Of a DNA stretch of 64,000 bases, positions 1 through 9,890 are shown one piece after another; within the stretch, counting starts at the first letter, position 1; every line of letters starts with the position of its first letter. A program made the position numbers and the translations under genes. Under the pieces are notes generated by a model, which saw only the letters and a list, made by a program, of their open reading frames with translations, had not been told where the DNA came from and made no database searches. The DNA comes from an uncultured Thermoleophilia bacterium (GTDB lineage: Bacteria > Actinomycetota > Thermoleophilia > UBA2241): contig CAVPCT010000006.1 of assembly GCA_963702475.1 (NCBI GenBank), positions 224,001 through 288,000 of the forward strand, read 5' to 3'.

Positions 1-759
1 ATCGTCGGCGTCACCGCCGGAACGGCTGCCGGCGCCGGCGTCGCCCTCAGCCGCGGCCTGCGCCGGCTGCCCTGGTGGCTCGCCCTGCCGGCCGGCGCCT
101 ACGCCCTCAAGACGACCTTCTCGCTACGCGGCCTCGTGCGCGCCGGCCGGGACGTGCAGGACGCCCTCGGCGAAGACACTGGTGCGGCCCGGGAGCGGCT
201 CGCGGCACTGGTCAGCCGCTCGCCCGACCTCGACCCTCCGCTCATCGTCTCCGCCACGGTCGAGTCGCTCGCCGAGAACCTCACCGACAGCGTCGTCTCT
301 CCGCTGCTCGCGTTCTCGCTCTTCGGACTGCCGGGCGCGCTGGCGTATCGGTCGGTGAACACCATGGACGCCATGCTCGGCTACCGCGACCACCGTGAGT
401 ACGTCGGCAAGGCGGCGGCCCGCAGCGACGACGCCGCCAACTGGCTCCCCACCCGTCTCACCGGGTTGCTGCTCGTCGGCATCGCGGCGCTCAAAGGGAG
501 GGCCGGGCGCGCGTGGTGGGCGTTCCGCACGCAGCACCGGCCTGAGCATGGTCCCAACAAGACGCTGGCCATCGCGACCATGGCCGGCGCCCTTGGCGTG
601 CAGCTGCAGAAGCCGGGGGCCTACGCGCTCGGCGAGGCCGAGCGCCCGCTGACGCCGGCGGTGATCGACGACGCCGCGAAGATGGTGTGGGCGGCCGGCG
701 GTGTCGCGGTGGCCGCCACTGCGGGGCTCGCCGCACTCGTGCGGGCGGTGACGCGATGA
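1..759 (+). CDS. cbiB: adenosylcobinamide-phosphate synthase CbiB (5' end outside window)
   Basis: Frame open from base 1; motifs ESLAENLTDSVVSPL, AYRSVNTMDAMLGY, ARSDDAANWLPTRL. Confidence 0.95.
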   Translation: MVGVTAGTAAGAGVALSRGLRRLPWWLALPAGAYALKTTFSLRGLVRAGRDVQDALGEDTGAARERLAALVSRSPDLDPPLIVSATVESLAENLTDSVVSPLLAFSLFGLPGALAYRSVNTMDAMLGYRDHREYVGKAAARSDDAANWLPTRLTGLLLVGIAALKGRAGRAWWAFRTQHRPEHGPNKTLAIATMAGALGVQLQKPGAYALGEAERPLTPAVIDDAAKMVWAAGGVAVAATAGLAALVRAVTR

Positions 760-1910
760 ACCGGCCGCTGCCCGAGCTGCTCGCAGTGCCCGGCGCCCCG
801 GCGCCCGCGTACAGCGCCGGCCTTCTCCGCCGGGTGGCCCGGTCGGCTCACGGTGCGGTCGACCCCACGGCGCTGCGCGCCGAGGGCGTCGACCCGGGAG
901 CGATCGTCGACTTCAGCTCGAACCAGTCGCCGCTCGGCGCCGCCCCCGGCGTGGCCGCAGCGGTCGCCGGCGCCGTTGTGGACGCCTACCCGGACCCGCA
1001 CGTTGCGGAGCTCGGTGAGCGCCTCGCCTCGCGGCACGGCGTCGACCCCGCGCAGGTGGTCTGCGGCAACGGCAGTACCGAGCTGATCCGGCTGGTCGCC
1101 CAACTGGCGCTCGGCCCGACGGAAACGGCGCTGGCGCTGGCGCCGGTGTTCGGCGAGTGCGAGGTGGCCACGGCGCTCGCCGGCGCGCGTCTGGAGCAGG
1201 TCATGCTGGCGCACGACGCTCCCGGCTCGGGCTTCGCCTGCGACGACCAGGCGCTGCGCTGCGCGCTTGCGCGTCTGCGGCCGCGGCTGTGTTGGCTCTG
1301 CTCGCCGAACAATCCGACCGGAGCGTCGCTGTCCCCCGCCTTGATCGCTGCGCTGGTCGCTGGTCACCCGGAGACCCTGTTCGTCCTCGACGAGGCGTAC
1401 TGCGACCTGCTGGCCGAATCGCAGTGGGAGCGCGCCGCACTGGCCGGCGGCAATCTCGTCGTGCTGCACTCGATGACCAAGTATTGGGGGTTGGCCGGAC
1501 TCCGTCTTGGCTTCGCCGTCGCGGCTCTACAGACGGCCGCGGCGCTGCGCGCCGCGGCACCACCCTGGAGCGTGAACGCCTGCGCCCAGAAGGCCGGCCT
1601 GGCCGCGCTCGCCGACCTCGGTCACCACCGCAGGTCCGTCGAGCTGCTCACCCGCGAGCGCGACCGCCTTGCGGCCGGCCTGCACGCGAGCGGCTGGACG
1701 ACCGAGCCGACGACGGCCGGCTTCTTCCTCGTCTACGCCGGCGACGCGGCAGCGCTTCGCCGCGCCCTGCTCACGCGCGGCTGCCTGGTCCGCGACTGCG
1801 CGTCGTTCGGGCTGCCCGGGCACGTGCGCGTCAGCCCCCGACACCCGGAGCAGAACGACCTGCTGCTGGCCGCGTTCGCCGCGCTCGGGCCGCCGGAGGC
1901 GGCAGCATGA
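756..1910 (+). CDS. cobD: threonine-phosphate decarboxylase (PLP class I/II aminotransferase fold)
   Basis: HG..DFSSNQSP, CSPNNPTG, LDEAY, SMTKYWGLAGLRLG; ATGA overlap with cbiB. Confidence 0.88.
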   Translation: MNRPLPELLAVPGAPAPAYSAGLLRRVARSAHGAVDPTALRAEGVDPGAIVDFSSNQSPLGAAPGVAAAVAGAVVDAYPDPHVAELGERLASRHGVDPAQVVCGNGSTELIRLVAQLALGPTETALALAPVFGECEVATALAGARLEQVMLAHDAPGSGFACDDQALRCALARLRPRLCWLCSPNNPTGASLSPALIAALVAGHPETLFVLDEAYCDLLAESQWERAALAGGNLVVLHSMTKYWGLAGLRLGFAVAALQTAAALRAAAPPWSVNACAQKAGLAALADLGHHRRSVELLTRERDRLAAGLHASGWTTEPTTAGFFLVYAGDAAALRRALLTRGCLVRDCASFGLPGHVRVSPRHPEQNDLLLAAFAALGPPEAAA

Positions 1911-3355
1911 GCGCCGTGAGCGCCGCCGCCCTCCGTCGCTCGCCGGCCGTGTTCGCGCCGCGCATCGTCGTCGCCGCGCCGCGCAGCGGCGAGGGCAAGA
2001 CCACGGTAGCCCTCGGCCTTATGGCGGCTCTGCGCCGTCGCGGTCTTCGCGTCCAGGGGTACAAGGTCGGCCCGGACTACCTGGACACGGGCTACCAGCG
2101 GTACGCTGCCGGTGCGGCCGGGCGGAACCTGGACCTGTTCATGATGGGCGAAGACGCGGTGCTCGGCGCGCTCGCCGGCGCGGACGCCGACGTCGCCGTG
2201 ATCGAGGGCGTGATGGGCTTGTTCGACGGCCATCGCGACGGCGTGACGCCGACCAGCACGGGTGACGTGGCGGCGCGCCTGCGGGCCCCGGTCGTCCTCG
2301 TGCTCGACGCGGCGCGCATGGCCGCGAGCGCCGGGGCCGTCGCGCTCGGCTTCAAGAGCTTCGACCCGTCGGTGGACGTCGCCGGCGTGCTCCTCAACCG
2401 CTGGAACCCGAGCCGCTCCAAGGTCGCGGTGGAGGCCGCGCTCGACCGCGCCGGCGTCCCGGCGCTCGGGTATCTGCCGGTGGCCGGCGACCTCGAGCTG
2501 CCCTCGCGACACCTCGGCCTCGTGGTCGCGGACGAGCTCGGCGCCGAGATCGCCGGGGTGATGGACCGCCTCGGCGACTGGGTCGAGCAGCACGCCGATG
2601 TCGGCAGGCTGCTGGAGCTCGCGCGGTCTACGCCGGAAGTGCCGGTGGAGCGAGCCGCCGTGTGGCCCGCGCCTTCCGGGCCCGGGCCGCGCATCGCCAT
2701 CGCCTGGGACGCCGCCTTCGCCTTCTACTACGCGGACAACCTCGAGCTGCTGCGCGCCCGCGGCGCCGAGCTCGTCTTCTTCAGCCCGCTGGAGGCCGCC
2801 GAGCTGCCCGTCTGCGATGGTCTCTACCTCGGCGGCGGCTACCCCGAGCTGCACGCGGCCGGTCTGTCGGCCAACGAGCCTCTCCGCCATGCTCTCGCCG
2901 CAGCCATCCGGGACGGTCTGCCGACCTACGCCGAGTGCGGCGGCCTGCTGTATCTGTGCGAGTCGCTCGTCGACCTCGAAGGCCGACCCTGGCCGCTCGT
3001 TGGCGCGGTGCCTGGCCGTGCCGCCATGCACGGCCGGCTGCAGGGCATGGGCTACCGTGAAGGCGTCCTTGCCTCGGATTCGCTCCTCGGCGCCTTCGGC
3101 ACGGCAGTCCGCGGTCACGAGTTCCACTACTCGTCCTGCCGGATCGACCGCACCGGCGCACACGGCACCGGCCCGCATGTCGCCGGTCACCCTGCCTATC
3201 TCGTCGACGGAGCGCCGGAGGGCTACGCCGCCGGCGACCTCTTCGCGTCCTACGTCCACCTGCACTTCGCCGGCTACCCCGCGCTGCTCGACAGCTGGCT
3301 CGAGCGCTGCCGGGCGTCCGCCCGCCCTGCCCCCTCAGGAGGTCCATCAGTATGA
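1907..3355 (+). CDS. cbiA: cobyrinate a,c-diamide synthase
   Basis: SGEGKTT, KVGPDYLD, IEGVMGLFDG, GGGYPE, AECGG, GHEFHYS. Confidence 0.96.
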   Translation: MSAVSAAALRRSPAVFAPRIVVAAPRSGEGKTTVALGLMAALRRRGLRVQGYKVGPDYLDTGYQRYAAGAAGRNLDLFMMGEDAVLGALAGADADVAVIEGVMGLFDGHRDGVTPTSTGDVAARLRAPVVLVLDAARMAASAGAVALGFKSFDPSVDVAGVLLNRWNPSRSKVAVEAALDRAGVPALGYLPVAGDLELPSRHLGLVVADELGAEIAGVMDRLGDWVEQHADVGRLLELARSTPEVPVERAAVWPAPSGPGPRIAIAWDAAFAFYYADNLELLRARGAELVFFSPLEAAELPVCDGLYLGGGYPELHAAGLSANEPLRHALAAAIRDGLPTYAECGGLLYLCESLVDLEGRPWPLVGAVPGRAAMHGRLQGMGYREGVLASDSLLGAFGTAVRGHEFHYSSCRIDRTGAHGTGPHVAGHPAYLVDGAPEGYAAGDLFASYVHLHFAGYPALLDSWLERCRASARPAPSGGPSV

Positions 3356-3720
3356 GTGCTCTCATCGTGCTCGGTCACGGCAGTCGCAACGCCGCGGCCA
3401 CCGAGCAGTTCCACGTGGTCGTCGAGCAGCTGCGCGTGCGCCGGGACGACCCGGTGTACGCCGCCTTCATGGAGCTCGCCGAGCCCACGCTGGGCGACGC
3501 GGTCGCGGAGGCCGTCGGCGCCGGCGCCGCCGAGGTCGTGGTGCAGCCATGCTTCCTGTTCGACGGCAACCACATCCGCCGCGACGTCCCCGAGCTCCTC
3601 AGCGGGCTCGCCGCCCGGTATCCGGACGTCTCGTTCAGGTTCGGACGTCCCATCGGACCCGATCCGCGTGTCGCCGACATCCTGCTCGAACGTGCCGGGG
3701 AGGCCGCATGTCTGGCCTGA
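3352..3720 (+). CDS. cbiX: sirohydrochlorin cobaltochelatase, short single-domain CbiX type
   Basis: LGHGSR, AFMELAEP, PCFLFDGNH...DVP; 122 aa. Confidence 0.88.
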   Translation: MSALIVLGHGSRNAAATEQFHVVVEQLRVRRDDPVYAAFMELAEPTLGDAVAEAVGAGAAEVVVQPCFLFDGNHIRRDVPELLSGLAARYPDVSFRFGRPIGPDPRVADILLERAGEAACLA

Positions 3721-4331
3721 AGCCGCACGAGATCGAGGTCCGCAGCATGGAGATCATCGACGGCCTCCTGCCCGCGGGCGACTGGGATGCGGGCGAGCGC
3801 ACGGTGGTCAAGCGTCTCGTGCACACGAGCGGCGATCCCTCGCTGGCCGGGGAGGTGCGGTTCTCCGCCGGCGCCGTTGCGGCCGGCGTGGCGGCGCTGC
3901 GCGCGGGCGTGCCCGTGTTCACCGACACCCACATGGTGCGGATGGGCATCAACCGGGACCGCGTCGCCGCGCTGGGCGGGACGGTGGAGTGCCTGATCTC
4001 GGACGAGGCCGTGGCGGCCGAGGCGAAGCGGACCGGCCGCACGCGTGCGGCGACGGCCATGCGCACGCTGGGCGCCCGGCTCGATGGTGCGGTGGTCGCG
4101 CTGGGGAACGCGCCGACCGCGCTGCGCGAGGTGCTGGTGATGGCGACGGAAGGCGTGGCGCGTCCGGCGCTGGTCATCGGCATGCCGGTCGGGTTCGTCG
4201 ACGCGGCCGAGTCCAAGGATGCACTCATCGACTCCGACCTGGCGTTCGTCGCGGTCCACGGCACGCGCGGCGGCAGCCCGCTCGCCGCGGCGACCGTCAA
4301 CGCCCTGCTGCGCGTGCTCGCCGAGGAGTGA
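3708..4331 (+). CDS. cbiC: cobalt-precorrin-8 methylmutase
   Basis: EIEVRSMEII, TRAATAM, GNAPTAL, GMPVGFV..AESK, RGGSPLAAATVNAL. Confidence 0.95.
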   Translation: MSGLKPHEIEVRSMEIIDGLLPAGDWDAGERTVVKRLVHTSGDPSLAGEVRFSAGAVAAGVAALRAGVPVFTDTHMVRMGINRDRVAALGGTVECLISDEAVAAEAKRTGRTRAATAMRTLGARLDGAVVALGNAPTALREVLVMATEGVARPALVIGMPVGFVDAAESKDALIDSDLAFVAVHGTRGGSPLAAATVNALLRVLAEE

Positions 4332-4369
4332 GCGGGACGGACGTGGACGGGACGGCCGGAAGGGAAGCG

Positions 4370-6200
4370 ATGACGACGGAGCGGACACGGGGTCGGGATA
4401 CCGCGGCGGAGGCGGAGCCGCGCAGCGGCCTGACGACGGGCACGTGCGCCGCCGCCGCCACGAAGGCGGCGGCCCTGGCGCTCGCCGGCGCGCCTTGCGC
4501 CGCGGTGGACGTCGAGCTGCCCGGCGGTGACGTCGTGACCCTGGCGGTCGAGTGGACCGAGCGCCCGCGACCCGGCTGCGCCCGCGCGGCCGTCGTGAAG
4601 GACGCGGGCGACGACCCGGACGTGACCGACGGCATGACGGTGGTCGCCGAGGTCGAGGTGCTCGACACGCTTGAGGCGGCCGGGTCCGGCGGCGCCCCGC
4701 CGGCCGAGCCCGACGGCGTGACCTTCGCTGCCGGCCCGGGCGTCGGCACGGTCACCCGGGCCGGGCTGCAGGTGCCGCCCGGCGAGCCGGCCATCAACCC
4801 CGTGCCGCGCCGCATGATCACGGAGGCCGTGCGCCAGGTGTTGCCCGAGGGCGCGCTGCGCGTCACCGTGAGCATCCCCGGCGGCGAGGAGACGGCGCGG
4901 CGCACGTTCAATCCGCGGCTCGGCATCGAAGGCGGGCTGTCGGTGCTGGGTACGTCGGGCCGCGTGATACCGAAGTCGGAGGACGCCTGGCTGCGCTCGC
5001 TGCTGCCCGCAGGTCGACATGGCGCTGGCCGAGGGTCACTCGAAGCTGTACCTTGCGCCCGGCGGCTTCGGTGAGCGCGCCGCGCGCGAGCAGCTGGGCG
5101 CGCCCGAGGCAGCGATCGTGCAGTGCTCCAACTTCGCCGGCGACCTGCTCGACCACTGCGCCGACAGGGGAGTCGAGCAGGTCGTGTTCGTCGGCCACGC
5201 CGGCAAGCTCGTCAAGCTCGCGGCCGGCATCTGGAACACGCACAGCCGGTACGGCGATGCGCGCCTTGAGACGCTCGCCGCGCTGGCGGCCGCCGCAGGC
5301 GCGCCGCCCACGGTCGTGACGAAGCTGCTCGACCTGCCGACCGCCGAGGCGGCGGCGGCGCTGCTCGCCGAGGCCGGTCTGGACGATGTCTGGGACGACG
5401 TGGCGGACCGCGTCGTGTGGCGCGCCGCCGAGCGCGTCGCGAAGCGCGCCGCGGAACTGCCGTGCTGTGATTGTGCCGTGGTGGCGTACGACGGCGAGGT
5501 ACTGGGCCGCTCGGCGGCGCTGCGCGCCGCGCCGGCGTCTGCACCGCCCTCGGGACCGCCCGCAGCCTCACCCGCGTTCGAGCTGACGGTCGTCGGGGTC
5601 GGCCCTGGCGCCGACGAGTGGCTCACGCCTGCCGCGTGGCGTGCGGTGCGCCACGCCGACGTGGTCGTCGGCGGCCACCGCCAGCTCGAGCGGTTCGCCC
5701 CTGCCGGGGCTGAGAGGGTGGTCGTGGGAGCCAGGATGGAGGACGTCGCGGCGGCACTGCGTCGCTGCGCCGGGCGTCGCGTGACCGTGCTGGCCAGCGG
5801 CGACCCCGGCTTCTACGGCATCCCCGTCGCCTTGCGCCGCCTGCTGCCGGACGCTCACGTAGTCACGCTGCCCGGCATCAGCTCGGTGCAGCTGGCGGCA
5901 GCGCGGCTGGGTCGCCCCTGGCACGATGTCTGCTTCGCGAGCGCGCATGGCCTCGAGACCGCCGGCGTGGTCGAGGCCGTGCGGGCCCACCCGCGGGTCT
6001 TCGCCCTGAGCGACGCGGCACACGCGCCGCAGACTCTGGCGGCCGCGCTTGTCGCCGCGGGCATCGCCGCTCTCGTCACGGTGCTGGAGCGACTCGGGGA
6101 GCCCGACGAGCGTCTCACCGCGGGCGACGCGGCCGTCATCGCCGAAGGCGAGTTCGACGGCCTCGCCGTGACCTTCATCGAACGAGAGGAGCAGGCATGA
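4370..6200 (+). CDS. cbiD: CbiD fused to C-terminal CbiE methyltransferase; one apparent frameshift near 5006-5008
   Basis: RSGLTTGTCAAAA, VKDAGDDPDVT, GPGVG.VT..GL, FNPRLGIEGGLSVLGTSG in one frame; GHAGKLVKLAAGIWNTHS then VVGVGPG/LASGDPGFYG/PGISS (CbiE) in the next frame; removing one C restores continuity. Confidence 0.88.
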
Positions 6201-6836
6201 GTGCCTCCGCATGCGAGGGCGGACGAGTGTGTGGCGCCGTCCCTCCAGGCCTCCCCGACGGACTCTTTCAGCGTGGCGACGCGCCCATGACCAAGGCTGA
6301 GGTGCGCGCCGTGACCATGTCGTTCGCGCGCCTCCGCAGTGACGACCGCGTACTCGATATCGGCGCCGGCACCGGCAGCATGACGGTCGAGGCGACGTTG
6401 TTGTGCCCGCACGGCGAGGTCGTCGCTGTGGAGCGCGACCCGGCGGCGCTCGAGGTACTGCGTCGCAACCTCGAGCGCTTCGGGCTGACGAACGTCGCCG
6501 TGGTCGAGGGGCACGCGCCCGACGTCTTCGCCGACGTGGTCGCGTTCGCAGAGGCGTCGTTCGACTGCGTCCTCGTCGGCGGCAGCGGCGGCAAGCTCGC
6601 CGGAGATCATCGAGGGGGCTGCTGGACTACTTGTTCCGTCTGGACGGATCGTCTGCAACACCATCTGCCTCGAGACGACGGCGACGGTGGCGGCGGTGCT
6701 GCGCCGGCCGCCATGGACCGGCTTCTCTTGCAGCCAGGTGAGCGTCGCGCGCGGCGTCCCGGCCGGCCCGCTGCTCCGTTTCGAGGCTCTGAACCCGGTG
6801 TGGGTGACGACCGCCGTGCTGGGAGGAACCGAGTGA
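6197..6836 (+). CDS. cbiT: cobalt-precorrin-6B C15-methyltransferase (decarboxylating); apparent frameshift near 6602
   Basis: PMTKAEVR, LDIGAGTGS, VGGSGG, then shifted frame GRIVCNTICLET...EALNPVWV ending at TGA 6834-6836. Confidence 0.88.
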
Positions 6837-7555
6837 CGGCGCCGCGCGCCTCGGGCGAAGCCGCGGTCTACGGTGTCGGCGTCGGTCCCGGAGACCCGGG
6901 CCTGCTCACCGTGCGCGCCGTCGAGGTGCTGCAGCGCGTGACGGCGGTGATGACGCCTGCGCCCAAGCGGGGCGGAGAGAGCCTCGCCCTCGAGATCGCG
7001 CGCATCCACCTGCCGGCCGGCTGCGAGGTGGTCTCCGGCCACTTTCCCATGACGGAGGACCGCGGGACCCTGCAGGCGGCGTGGGACGAGGCGGCGGCGA
7101 CGCTGCTGCGCCTCGCCGCCGTCTCCCCGCCCGTCGCTTTCATCACGCTCGGCGACGCCATGCTCTACAGCACCTGGAGTTATCTGCTGGCGGCCCTCCG
7201 GCGCCTCGCGCCCGGCCTTGCCGTCGAGACCGTGCCCGGCGTGACGGCCATGGCGGCCTGCGCGGCCGCGGTCGGCCGGCCGCTGGCGGAGGGCCGCGAA
7301 CCACTGCTCGTGTGGCCCGACGAACCGCCGGCCGACGCCGCCGGCCTGCTGGAGGTGGCGCCCAACCTGGTCTTCATGAAGGCAGGACGACACCTGGACG
7401 CGCTCGCCGACCTGGCCGACGCGTCCGGCGCGCAGGCCGTCGCCGTGCGCCGCGCCTCCCAGGAGCAGGGCGCCTTCACGGGCGACCTGCGCGCTTGGGC
7501 CGGCGGGCGCGAGTACTTCACCACCGTCCTCATGCACCGGGAGGAGAGCGAATGA
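6833..7555 (+). CDS. cbiL: cobalt-precorrin-2 (factor II) C20-methyltransferase
   Basis: YGVGVGPGDPGLLTVRA, FPMT, AFITLGDAMLYST, VPGVTA. Confidence 0.93.
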   Translation: MTAPRASGEAAVYGVGVGPGDPGLLTVRAVEVLQRVTAVMTPAPKRGGESLALEIARIHLPAGCEVVSGHFPMTEDRGTLQAAWDEAAATLLRLAAVSPPVAFITLGDAMLYSTWSYLLAALRRLAPGLAVETVPGVTAMAACAAAVGRPLAEGREPLLVWPDEPPADAAGLLEVAPNLVFMKAGRHLDALADLADASGAQAVAVRRASQEQGAFTGDLRAWAGGREYFTTVLMHREESE

Positions 7556-8379
7556 TCTGGTTCGTCGGCGCGGGCCCGGGCGACCCCGAGCTCATCACCG
7601 TCAAAGGCCGCCGCCTTCTCGAGGAGGCGGACGTGGTCGTGTACGCGGGCTCGCTGGTTCCCAAGGCCGTGCTCACCTGGACGCGCGAGGGCTGCGAGCT
7701 GCACGACAGCGCCGCGATGACGCTCGGCGAGCAGGTCGAGGTCATGGCGGCAGGCGAGGCGGCGGGCAGGAAGGTGGTCCGCCTGCACACCGGCGATCCG
7801 AGCATCTACGGCGCCATCGGCGAGCAGATGAGGGCCCTCGACGCACACGGCGTGAGCTATCAGGTCGTGCCGGGCGTGAGCTCGTTCGTGGCCGCCGCCG
7901 CGGCCCTGCCGGTGGAGCTGACGTCCCCCGGCATCTCGCAGGCCGTGATCATCACTCGGCAGGCAGGGCGCACGCCGGTGCCCGACGGCCAGGACATCGC
8001 CGGGCTGGCGGCACACGGCGCGACCATGGCCATCTTCCTCTCGGCCGGCGACCTCGACGGGACGGTCGCGGACCTCTGCCGGCACTACCCGAGGGACACG
8101 GCCACGGCCATCGTGCAACGCGCCTCGTGGCCGGAGCAGGTGGTCCTGCGCGGCACGCTGGCGACGATCGCCCGGCAGGCGCGGGAGGCCGGCGTCGACC
8201 GCACGGCGATGATCCTCGTGGGCAACGCGCTGCGCAACGAGGGCGACCCGTCGCTGCTGTACGACGCCGGGTTCACGCACGGGTACCGGGTGGCCGAGGA
8301 GCCGGGCGTCACTGCCGCCGGCCCCGGCCCCGACTGCCCCGCCGCGCCGCCCGCGGACTCCGCCGGAGCCGCCGAGTGA
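7552..8379 (+). CDS. cbiF: cobalt-precorrin-4 C11-methyltransferase
   Basis: MIWFVGAGPGDPELITVKG, YAGSLV, RLHTGDPSIYGAIGEQ, SLLYDAGFTHGYR. Confidence 0.96.
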   Translation: MIWFVGAGPGDPELITVKGRRLLEEADVVVYAGSLVPKAVLTWTREGCELHDSAAMTLGEQVEVMAAGEAAGRKVVRLHTGDPSIYGAIGEQMRALDAHGVSYQVVPGVSSFVAAAAALPVELTSPGISQAVIITRQAGRTPVPDGQDIAGLAAHGATMAIFLSAGDLDGTVADLCRHYPRDTATAIVQRASWPEQVVLRGTLATIARQAREAGVDRTAMILVGNALRNEGDPSLLYDAGFTHGYRVAEEPGVTAAGPGPDCPAAPPADSAGAAE

Positions 8380-9212
8380 CCATCCGCTTCGACAGGCCCG
8401 GTCCCATCGCGCTCGTCGCCGTGTCCGAGGAGGGCGCGCGGCTCGGGCTCGGACTGCGCGAGCGGTTCGCCGAGCCCGGGCGTGTCACGTTGTGGGCGGC
8501 CAGGAAGTACATCCCCGAGGTGCGCGTGTACGAGGGCGGCATGCAGGCGTTCACCGGCGCACTGTGGCCGGACCACGCCGCCATCGTCGGCATCATGGCC
8601 AGCGGCATCATGGTCCGCGCCATCGCGCCGCACGTGGCCAGCAAGTACGAGGACCCGGCGGTCATCGTGGTCGACGACGCCGGGCGGTACGTCATCAGCC
8701 TGCTGTCCGGGCACGAGGGCGGCGCCAACCGGCTGGCCGAGCAGATCGCCGGCGAGACCAACGGACTGCCCATCGTGACGACCGGCAGCGAGGCGCGGCG
8801 GCGCATCGTGCTCGGCATCGGCGCGCGCAGAGGCGTGAGCGAAGAGCAGGTGCTGGCGGCGGTGGACGAAGCGCTTGCCGCCGCCGGCATGACCCGCGAC
8901 GACGTGCGCGCCGTCGCGACCATCGACCTCAAGAAGGACGAAGCGGGCATCCTGGCCGCAGCCGAGCGGCTGGGCGTGCCCGTGCAGATCATCGGCCGGG
9001 AGCGCATCCGCGCCTTGCAGGACGTGCTGCGCGAACCGGGATTCGTGGAACAGATCACAGGAGTGGCCGCGGTATGCGAACCGGCAGCGATGCTGGCCGG
9101 CGCCCAGACGGAGCTCCTCTCGCGCCGGACGGCGCGGGACGGGGTGACGGTGGCGCTGGCGCAGGACATCTGTGGCTCGTCGGCCTGGGACCAGGCGGAC
9201 GAGAGCATTTGA
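8376..9212 (+). CDS. cbiG: cobalt-precorrin-5A hydrolase
   Basis: MASGIMVRAIAP, KYEDPAV, ISLLSGHEGGAN, VTTGS, GIGARRG, VCEPAA. Confidence 0.94.
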   Translation: MTIRFDRPGPIALVAVSEEGARLGLGLRERFAEPGRVTLWAARKYIPEVRVYEGGMQAFTGALWPDHAAIVGIMASGIMVRAIAPHVASKYEDPAVIVVDDAGRYVISLLSGHEGGANRLAEQIAGETNGLPIVTTGSEARRRIVLGIGARRGVSEEQVLAAVDEALAAAGMTRDDVRAVATIDLKKDEAGILAAAERLGVPVQIIGRERIRALQDVLREPGFVEQITGVAAVCEPAAMLAGAQTELLSRRTARDGVTVALAQDICGSSAWDQADESI

Positions 9213-9890
9213 CGGCGGCGGCGGTCGCGGCGCTCACCGCCGCGGACGTCGTGGTCGGCTACAAGCCGTACCTCGAGCTGGTCGCCGACCTGGCGGCCGG
9301 CAAGCGCACTGTCGCCAGCGGCATGCGCCAGGAGACGGCGCGGGCCGAGGCGGCCGTCGCCGAGGCGACGGCCGGCGCCCGCGTGGCCGTCATCAGCACC
9401 GGCGACGCCGGCGTGTACGGCATGGCCGGTCTCGTGCTGGAACTGCTGCCCGTGGGGTCGCCGGTCACCGTGGAGGTCGTGCCCGGCGTGACCGCGGCCA
9501 GCGCCGCGGCCGCCTGCCTGGGCGCTCCGCTGATGAACGACTTCGCCGTGGTCAGCCTCAGCGACCTGCTCACCCCGCTGGAGGTCATCGAGCGACGCCT
9601 CGCGGCGGCCGCCGACGGCGACTTCGTCCTCGCGCTCTACAACCCGCGCAGCACGAAACGGCACGTGCCGCTGCGCCGTGCGCTGGCGATCCTGCGCGAG
9701 CGGCGCGCAGCCGGGCACGCCGGTGGGCATGGTCCGCAACGCCCTGCGCGACGGGCAGGAGACCCGCGTGACGACGCTCGGCGAGCTGCGCGAGGAGGAC
9801 GTCGACATGCTCACCATCCTCATCGTCGGCAACAGCACGACCGTCATTCGCGACGGACGTATCGTGACCCCTCGGGGGTACCGCACGTGA
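9074..9890 (+). CDS. cbiH: cobalt-precorrin-3 C17-methyltransferase; overlaps cbiG; apparent frameshift near 9713
   Basis: LVGLGPG, VVGYKPY, ISTGDAGVYGMAG, GAPLMNDF, ALYNPRS, then shifted frame PVGMVRNA...VDMLT..IVGNS..TPRGY. Confidence 0.9.

Noticed and set aside
6197-7555. CbiT-CbiL fusion suggested by the ORF track
   Set aside because: Artefact of the indel near 6602; the real CbiT C-terminus is in another frame and ends at a GTGA overlap with cbiL.
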